Shown here piece after piece: positions 58,107 through 64,000 of a DNA stretch of 64,000 nucleotides. The stretch spans positions 4,569 through 68,568 of the forward strand of contig JBBRVS010000003.1 in NCBI GenBank assembly GCA_038246645.1. Reading direction: 5' to 3'. The notes under the pieces were generated by a model. The model was given only the letters and a program-made list of their open reading frames with translations. It did no database searches and was not told the origin of the DNA. The stretch comes from Pyrinomonadales bacterium. Its GTDB lineage: Bacteria > Acidobacteriota > Blastocatellia > Pyrinomonadales > Pyrinomonadaceae. The first letter of the stretch is position 1. Every line of letters starts with the position of its first letter. A program made the translations under genes and the position numbers.

Positions 58107-59423
58107 ATGAATATCAAAAATTATTCCAAAAAGATTACGATTCTAGCCTTGATTTTGTTCATCAATGCCGGAATTTCCCTTTCGCAAACGACAAAATTTC
58201 CCGCGCCCCGGCAGGAAAAACTGCTGAACGAACTTGGATTTCTGATCTGGAACGTGCCGAATGCGGAAAAGGTGTCGGTCAAACTGCGCCTTCATAAAGG
58301 CTCGGCTTTTGACCAGCAAGACAGGGAAGGAACGATGGCTCTGCTGGCAAATATTCTTTTTCCGAACCAGGCTTCGCGAGATTTTTTCGAGGAAGATTTG
58401 GGCGGAAGTCTGGACATTACAACCACTTACGATTACATACAGATCAATGCAACGGCTGATTCGGACAAAGTTCTTGACGTTTTGCAAACTCTCGCCACCG
58501 CCGTCATAAATCCTCAAATAGATAAGGAAACAACCGAAATCGTCCGCACAGCGCAGATCGAAAAGGTGACTCAGCTCGAAAGCGATCCGGCTTACGTTGC
58601 CGATCAAGCGGTGGCAAAACGGCTGCTCGGCACTTTTCCCTACGGCAGACCGGAAATGGGAACGCTCGAATCTCTGCAAAAAATTGATTTCGCCGATCTG
58701 ATCTTTGCCAAAAACAGATTTCTGACTTCCGATAACGCAACGGTTACGGTGATCGGCAATGTCAAAACGGATTTGATTTACCGCGCCGCCCGCCGGTATT
58801 TCGGCGGCTGGATAAAATCCGACGGAAAAATTCCGGCAACCTTCCGCCTGCCCGATGCGCCGGAAAAAAATCTCCAGATTCTCCCGGCAAATAAGGAAAA
58901 TACGAGCGAATTGCGGTTTGCAATTCGCAGTCTGGCGAGAAATGACAAGAATTTTCACGCCGCGGCAGTTTTGCAAAACATTCTCGGCAAACGACTGCAA
59001 AAGCGTGAAAAAGGCAAAGTTTCGGTGGCGGGAAAAGCGCATCTTTTGCCGGGTTTGATTATGTTTCAAATGAATGAATGGAATCTCGGACTTGTCAAAA
59101 AATCGGGAAATCAGATTGCTTTGCCCGTCGGTTTGGATAAAACGGTGGCGAATTTATTTACCGAACCGATTTCGACGGAAGAATTTAACGCGGCAAAATC
59201 CGAACTTTTGAGCAAATTTAACAATGAAAATCTGAGCGAACACTGGCTTGACGCGGAAACCTACAAACTGAGTTCATTTAACAATGATTATCAAGCGGCT
59301 CAAAATGTAAAATTGGAAGATGTCAAAAGCGTTGCCGAAAAGCTGAAAACCGAACCGGTCGCCTCGGTTTTGCTTTTCCAAAATCCGCAAACCGCCGAAA
59401 CGCCGAAAGATACTGATAACTAA
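58107..59423 (+). CDS. M16 (pitrilysin)-family protein, probably a non-catalytic subunit
   Basis: ATG at 58107 gives the signal peptide MNIKNYSKKITILALILFINAGISLSQ. It has M16-like architecture, but the HxxEH position reads GTMALLANILF. Confidence 0.65.
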   Translation: MNIKNYSKKITILALILFINAGISLSQTTKFPAPRQEKLLNELGFLIWNVPNAEKVSVKLRLHKGSAFDQQDREGTMALLANILFPNQASRDFFEEDLGGSLDITTTYDYIQINATADSDKVLDVLQTLATAVINPQIDKETTEIVRTAQIEKVTQLESDPAYVADQAVAKRLLGTFPYGRPEMGTLESLQKIDFADLIFAKNRFLTSDNATVTVIGNVKTDLIYRAARRYFGGWIKSDGKIPATFRLPDAPEKNLQILPANKENTSELRFAIRSLARNDKNFHAAAVLQNILGKRLQKREKGKVSVAGKAHLLPGLIMFQMNEWNLGLVKKSGNQIALPVGLDKTVANLFTEPISTEEFNAAKSELLSKFNNENLSEHWLDAETYKLSSFNNDYQAAQNVKLEDVKSVAEKLKTEPVASVLLFQNPQTAETPKDTDN

Positions 59424-59425
59424 TT

Positions 59426-59583
59426 CTACTTTGTCAGATTAAGTTTGAAACTTAAAATCAAAGAAAATCAGCCGCAGATTTTCGCGGATAGACGCGGATA
59501 AATCGAATGAAATTGCTTAAATCCGTGAAAAATCCGCGTTCATCCGCGTTCATCCGCGGCTGATTTTTAATTTGACAAAGTAG
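59426..59583. repeat. ~158-nt palindromic element with GCGGATR units
   Basis: The outer arms are CTACTTTGTCAGATTAA / TTAATTTGACAAAGTAG. The inner pair is AAAATCAGCCGC / GCGGCTGATTTT. There are two GCGGATA units on the left and three complementary units (ATCCGCG, CATCCGC, CATCCGC) on the right. Confidence 0.75.
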
Positions 59584-59585
59584 AA

Positions 59586-59790
59586 CTAAGCAAGTAAGCA
59601 AAAGTTTTTAGATACAGATTCTAAATGGTGAATGGTGAAATGTGAGTGATGAATGGTTTTATTATGAAAATTCTGAAAGCTTGTTTTACACATCGGAATT
59701 AAAATGGGTTAAGAGTTTTCTGACATTTTCCATTATCCGTTTTTCATTATCAATTTTGTATCCGTTTTCCATTTTCCATTGGTGCTTAAT
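59586..59790. repeat. Degenerate family-2 heptamer-arm element
   Basis: The right arm GTTTTCTGACATTTTCCATTATCCGTTTTTCATT...CCGTTTTCCATTTTCCATTGGTGCTTAATTTA closely resembles the right arm at 47414-47463. The left arm is degenerate (AATGGTGAATGGTGAAATGTGAGTGATGAATGG). CTAAGCAAGTAAGCAAAAG matches the reverse complement of 47217-47235. Confidence 0.6.
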
Positions 59791-59794
59791 TTAT

Positions 59795-60523
59795 ATGCAA
59801 AAAGAAAGAACTTCCGGCGAACTCGAACACGCCCGAAAGGTGCGCGAAATGTTTTCGCGCATTTCACCGAAATATGATTTTTTAAATCATTTTCTCTCGG
59901 TCAATACGGACAAACGCTGGCGAAAACTGGTCAGCAAAAAGTTAAGAGATATTCTAAACGATAAAAACGCGGTCGTTTTGGATGTTGCCTGCGGAACGGG
60001 CGATTTATCGGTCGAATTGCAGAAACATTCAAAGGCAAAAGTGATCGGCACGGATTTTTGCCGCCCGATGCTTTCCATTGCCGCCGAAAAAAATTCTTTA
60101 TCGGAAAATCTTTCGATTCCGTATATCGAAGGCGACGCGATGAAACTTCCCTTTGCGGACGACGTTTTCGACGCGGTCACGATCGCCTTCGGTTTGCGAA
60201 ATCTTTCAAACTGGAATGACGGTTTGATCGAACTGAAACGCATCTTAAAACAAGGCGGAAAATTAGTTATTCTGGAATTTTCCGAACCGATTGTTCCGGG
60301 TTTTCGCCAGATCTATCAGTTTTATTTTAATAAAATTCTGCCGAAGATCGGCGGCATTTTCAGCGGCGAACAGAGCGCGTATCAGTATCTGTCGGATTCG
60401 GTTTCAAATTTTCCGAATCAAAAAGAGCTTCAATTAATGATGCTCGAAATCGGTTTTTCGGACGTGGAATACAAAAATCTGACGGGCGGCGTGGCGGCAA
60501 TTCATATCGGCACGAAACAATAA
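59795..60523 (+). CDS. ubiE: Demethylmenaquinone/ubiquinone C-methyltransferase (UbiE/MenG)
   Basis: ATG at 59795 is preferred because the track start lies in the repeat. Motifs are FSRISPKYDFLNHFLSVNTDKRWRK, LDVACGTGD and FGLRN. Confidence 0.85.
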   Translation: MQKERTSGELEHARKVREMFSRISPKYDFLNHFLSVNTDKRWRKLVSKKLRDILNDKNAVVLDVACGTGDLSVELQKHSKAKVIGTDFCRPMLSIAAEKNSLSENLSIPYIEGDAMKLPFADDVFDAVTIAFGLRNLSNWNDGLIELKRILKQGGKLVILEFSEPIVPGFRQIYQFYFNKILPKIGGIFSGEQSAYQYLSDSVSNFPNQKELQLMMLEIGFSDVEYKNLTGGVAAIHIGTKQ

Positions 60524-60623
60524 AATTACCGAATTCGTCAAACAGACTCAAAAAGTTTTATAATAATTTCACTAAAAAAAGCTTTCCCTTTTCATTTCAA
60601 TAAAAAACGAAATCGGCGCGACA

Positions 60624-61604
60624 ATGAAATACAAACTTCAAAATTTCGCAAAACAGCTCGGACTTTTTCTGCTCGTCATCTGGACGGTTGTTTCGCTCGT
60701 AACTCTTTTAATCGAATTGGTTCCGGGCGATCCGGCGACGGCGATCTTAGGCGAACAGGCAACGCCCGAACAAGTTGCCGCTTTTAATCAAAAACACGGA
60801 TTGGACAAACCCGCATTTTTCTTTTCGATTGGCGGCGAAAAAGGCGTGGCGTGGCACGGCGCGGACAATCGTTATGTTGATTACTGGAGCGGAGTTTTGA
60901 CGGGCGATCTGGGAAAATCTTTCCGCACCGACCGCCCGATTCTGGATATGATTCTGGAGCGTTATCCGGCAACCATCGAACTCGCGGTCGTCGCTCTGCT
61001 GATTGCGGTCGGCATTGCGATTCCGCTCGGCGTGCTTGCCGGAACAAATAAAAATACCGTGATTGATAATTTTTCGTCCTTTATCGCACTTTTGGGAATC
61101 AGTCTGCCGACATTCGTCATCGGACCATTTTTAATGTACGTTTTCGCCGTCAAATTGGGCTGGTTTTCGCCGACGGGAAGCGCAAACCCCGAAGATGTCG
61201 TCCTTCCGGCAGTAACTCTCGGCGCGGCACTTTCGGCGATTTTAACGCGAATGATCCGCTCGTCCGTCATCGAAGAACTCGGCGAAGATTACGTCAGAAC
61301 GGCACGTGCCAAAGGTTTGAGCGAGCGAAAAGTAATTTACAAACACGTTTTGAAAAACGGTCTGATTCCGGTTGTGACGATTTTGGGTTTGCAGCTCGGC
61401 GTTTTGCTCGCCGGCGCGATCATTACCGAAAAAATTTTTAACTGGCAGGGTTTAGGGCTTCTGCTGTTAGACGAAGGAATCGGCAAACGCGATTACCGCC
61501 TCGTTCAAGGCTGCGTTTTGGTCATCAGCGTGACGTATATTCTGGCAAATTCCCTGACAGATCTGGTTTATCGCCGGCTCGATCCGCGAATCAGATTGGG
61601 ATAA
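60624..61604 (+). CDS. ABC peptide/nickel transporter permease (DppB/OppB-like)
   Basis: 6 TM helices and the EAA-type loop EDYVRTARAKGLSERKVIYKHVLKNGLIPV. Confidence 0.85.
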   Translation: MKYKLQNFAKQLGLFLLVIWTVVSLVTLLIELVPGDPATAILGEQATPEQVAAFNQKHGLDKPAFFFSIGGEKGVAWHGADNRYVDYWSGVLTGDLGKSFRTDRPILDMILERYPATIELAVVALLIAVGIAIPLGVLAGTNKNTVIDNFSSFIALLGISLPTFVIGPFLMYVFAVKLGWFSPTGSANPEDVVLPAVTLGAALSAILTRMIRSSVIEELGEDYVRTARAKGLSERKVIYKHVLKNGLIPVVTILGLQLGVLLAGAIITEKIFNWQGLGLLLLDEGIGKRDYRLVQGCVLVISVTYILANSLTDLVYRRLDPRIRLG

Positions 61605-61694
61605 ATAAAAAAATCAGCACGAGCGAACTGTAATGAGCAACTTTACCAACAATTAAACCGATTCTTTACCGCTCGTCATACCGATTAAAAATTG

Positions 61695-62510
61695 ATGAAT
61701 AGATTAACCTACATCGGAATCACCATTGCCGTCGTGTTTATTTTAACGGCGATTTTCGCGCCATTCATCGCTACGCACGACGTGACGGCGTATGATTTAT
61801 CTTTGCGTTATATCGCGCCTTCCGCCGAACATTGGTTTGGAACGGACGCGATTGGGCGGGATGTATTTTCCCGGGTCGTTTTCGGTGCGCGGATTTCCCT
61901 GCAAGTCGGGATCGTCGTCGTTGTGGTTTCGGCGGTGATCGGAATCTTTATCGGCGCGATTGCCGGATTTTACGGCGGTTGGGTTGATAAATTTCTGTCG
62001 GGTTATATTTTTAACGTCTTTCTGGCGTTTCCGGGACTTCTTCTGGCAATTGCTCTGGTCGCATTCTTGGGCGCAGGTTTGGGCAAATTGATCTTAGCTT
62101 TGTGCGTTATCGGCTGGGTCGGGTATGCGCGTGTGATGCGCGGACAAGTTTTGAAAATCCGCGAATACGATTTTGTTCAAGCCGCCCGCGCCCTCGGCGC
62201 AAGTAATATGCGCCTGCTCTTTACGCATATTCTGCCGAATGCAATTCAGCCTTTAATTGTCCAGGCTTCGCTCGGAATGGCGGGCGCGGTTTTATCCGAA
62301 GCGTCGCTTTCTTTCTTAGGTTTAGGAATTCCGCCGCCCGCGCCTTCGTGGGGAACGATGATCGAAGAAGCCCGCGGAATTAATATCTTATACAATTCAC
62401 CGCACGTACTTTTTTTCCCCGGCGTTGCCATTGCGCTGACGGTGCTTGCCTTTAATTTCCTCGGCGACGGACTCCGCGAATATCTCGATCCGAAACAGCG
62501 GAAAAGATGA
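61695..62510 (+). CDS. ABC peptide/nickel transporter permease (DppC/OppC-like)
   Basis: HWFGTDAIGRDVFSRV and YDFVQAARALGASNMRLLFTHILPNA. ATG is at 61695. Confidence 0.85.
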   Translation: MNRLTYIGITIAVVFILTAIFAPFIATHDVTAYDLSLRYIAPSAEHWFGTDAIGRDVFSRVVFGARISLQVGIVVVVVSAVIGIFIGAIAGFYGGWVDKFLSGYIFNVFLAFPGLLLAIALVAFLGAGLGKLILALCVIGWVGYARVMRGQVLKIREYDFVQAARALGASNMRLLFTHILPNAIQPLIVQASLGMAGAVLSEASLSFLGLGIPPPAPSWGTMIEEARGINILYNSPHVLFFPGVAIALTVLAFNFLGDGLREYLDPKQRKR

Positions 62511-62512
62511 GA

Positions 62513-62861
62513 ATCAACGGACAACGGACAACGGACAATGGACAACGGACAACGGACAATGGACAATGGACAATGTCAGAAAATCCTAAATCAGGTATTC
62601 ACTATTTTTTAGTAAATAATTGATTTAATTTATGTGAATTCAATACTCAGCTTACTTATCCGCTTTCCCTTTAGAAATTGTGCATTAAGTCAGTAGCGGT
62701 TGCGTCAGCAACTGCGTCAATTAGCTCATCAGGGATAACGCATCGGCTCACGCCGACGCTACTGACCAATGCACAATTTCTAATGATGGACGGTATTAGC
62801 CGTTTTCTGACATTGTCCATTGTCCGTTGTCCGTTGTCCGTTGTCCGTTGTCCGTTGATGC
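62513..62861. repeat. Heptamer-arm palindromic element (family 2, GGACAAY units) filling a convergent intergenic gap
   Basis: The left arm is ATCAAC-(GGACAAC/T)x8-GTCAGAAAAT, starting 3 nt after the dppC-like stop. The right arm is GTTTTCTGAC-(ATTGTCC x2, GTTGTCC x4 according to the ORF-track translation)-GTTGATGC, ending about 5 nt before the stop of the minus-strand gene. The interior is nested-palindromic. Confidence 0.8.
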
Positions 62862-62865
62862 TTAT

Positions 62866-63984
62866 TTATGCCCGGATAAATTTATTCGGCGAAAATATAA
62901 AAGATAAACCGACGATAGACAGCACCAGTAATTGAGCCGCCATAAAAATACCGATTGCCTGATGCCAATACAAGCCGATAAATCCCGTAATTGAAATTAA
63001 AACCAAAACTCCCGAAAGAATTTTCCACCATTTTTTGCCGCGCCAAAAGATTATCGAAAAAATCAGAGTCGTGACGGCGATCAAGCCGAATTTTATGGTT
63101 GCCGACCAGCGAACCGCATCAATCATCCATTGACTTGTATTTTCAAGCGAGGTTTGCAAAACCGCGTAGGAAAAATAATTTTCAAATAAATCGGCTAAAG
63201 CCGCCACAATAATCATTAATAAAGTGAGTTTGGCAAGAAACCCGAGCATCGAGAAATGGGCAAATTTATCAAAATATGTATTTAGCGGATTTACGATAAA
63301 CCAGTTTTTTGATTTTTCGATAAAACCCGATTGTTGCAGATTTTTATTGATTGCCAATTGTTCGCTTCGCTCGCTGATTTCTTTTTTCTTTTTTTCCAAA
63401 TACTGTTTCAGGTTCGTAATTTCGTCGAGCCGCCAATGATTTCGGCGGTATCTGAGCAAACGGCTGAAAAACACCAAAAACCCCGTATAAAGCGGAACGA
63501 AAATAAACGAATCAATTACCAGTGCTGTTTTCAAACCGCGCCGCGCCGCGCTGCCTAAATCTCCGGCGATTTCTCTGACATCACTTGCGTGCCGCGCAAA
63601 TTCGAGCGAAAGAATCGCGCCCACGTCCTGCGGATTTGCTGTTCGGGTGAGCCAACCCAAAACTAAAGAAATCAAAATTGCGCCGAAAATATAAGCCAGC
63701 GTGACCAAACCGATAAAGCGGATATTCGGCTTTTCAAATTCGCGCCACGCAAAAGCGACGACGAATAATGTAACCAGAATGGAAACCGGAAATATTTTTT
63801 GCCAGAGCTGAAAATTTGCGGAAACTTTTTGATATTCAACTAGATTTGTCCATAAATCGGGTTGAAAAAAGAATCCGAAGATAAACAATGCTCCGGTCAA
63901 ACATAAAATTATAAACAATCCGACCGTTATAAAACGGATTAAAATCCAGAGACTTCCGCCCTTCATAAAATCGTTTAAGGTCAA
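62866..63984 (-). CDS. Hypothetical polytopic membrane protein
   Basis: 372-aa ORF with about 8 hydrophobic helices and a central charged coiled segment (LKQYLEKKKKEISERSEQL). No recognised motif. An alternative ATG lies at 63966. Confidence 0.5.
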   Translation of the reverse strand: MTLNDFMKGGSLWILIRFITVGLFIILCLTGALFIFGFFFQPDLWTNLVEYQKVSANFQLWQKIFPVSILVTLFVVAFAWREFEKPNIRFIGLVTLAYIFGAILISLVLGWLTRTANPQDVGAILSLEFARHASDVREIAGDLGSAARRGLKTALVIDSFIFVPLYTGFLVFFSRLLRYRRNHWRLDEITNLKQYLEKKKKEISERSEQLAINKNLQQSGFIEKSKNWFIVNPLNTYFDKFAHFSMLGFLAKLTLLMIIVAALADLFENYFSYAVLQTSLENTSQWMIDAVRWSATIKFGLIAVTTLIFSIIFWRGKKWWKILSGVLVLISITGFIGLYWHQAIGIFMAAQLLVLSIVGLSFIFSPNKFIRA

Positions 63985-64000
63985 AACGGTTAAATGAATA

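Noticed and set aside
58143-59069. 308-aa antisense ORF inside the M16-family gene (and 55007..55660 inside the MscS gene)
   Set aside because: It lies opposite a gene that has a signal peptide and family architecture. Its composition is typical of antisense frames and it has no ribosome-binding site.
62513-62583. Tandem heptamer and octamer arrays as possible CRISPR arrays
   Set aside because: The units are contiguous 7-8-mers with no spacers, the arrays are under 80 nt, and there are no cas genes in the window.
62700-62766. CTGATGAG word (minus strand) inside the 62.7-kb element, reminiscent of the hammerhead ribozyme core
   Set aside because: I found no adjacent stem II pairing, no correctly placed GAAA/stem III, and no cleavage-site context. 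It is most likely coincidental.
62246-62935. ORFs 62246..62566 (-) and 62678..62935 (+) encoding SIVRCPLSIVRCPL-type repeats
   Set aside because: They are translations of the GGACAAY heptamer arms and their interior. The periodic peptide is an artefact of the DNA repeat.

Overview
This is a 64-kb chromosomal segment from a moderately AT-rich, diderm bacterium. The gene content hints at an Acidobacteriota-like organism: an FhaA/PP2C/Ser-Thr-kinase cell-wall signalling cluster, a C25 peptidase, a BNR plus FG-GAP protein and a zinc-ribbon TonB. That placement is only a guess. I support about 54 protein genes and one tRNA-Arg(CCG). I found no rRNA, CRISPR array, transposase, integrase or phage genes. 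Most genes are housekeeping: ilvA, mltG, dtd, two cyclophilins, ggt, ppa, acnA, mntH, ubiE, two ABC systems, an Slt-type transglycosylase and an M1 peptidase that runs off the left edge. Notable gene-level items are listed below.

- An FhaA-like / PBP2 / SEDS / PP2C operon (18.5-25.4 kb) diverges from an orphan four-gene minor-pilin operon (25.8-31.4 kb). That operon ends in a ~1000-aa PilX_N-type protein and is followed by a Ser/Thr kinase and a second FhaA-like protein.
- Three tandem zinc-ribbon membrane-protein paralogs.
- A BrnT/BrnA toxin-antitoxin pair.
- An OmpH/Skp-like gene split by one in-frame TGA.
- A decayed thpR remnant.

The most unusual signal is non-coding. At least 13 intergenic regions hold 40-350-nt hairpin-forming elements. 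In several of them the arms are tandem 7-8-nt units (GTGAAAAR/GTTTAAAA, GGAAAAT, GGACAAY, CTTTGCG, GCGGATR). Several fall into dispersed families, and some tightly fill the gaps between convergent genes. I see no recognisable defence or secondary-metabolite system. Coordinates of non-ORF features were counted by hand and may be off by a few nucleotides.
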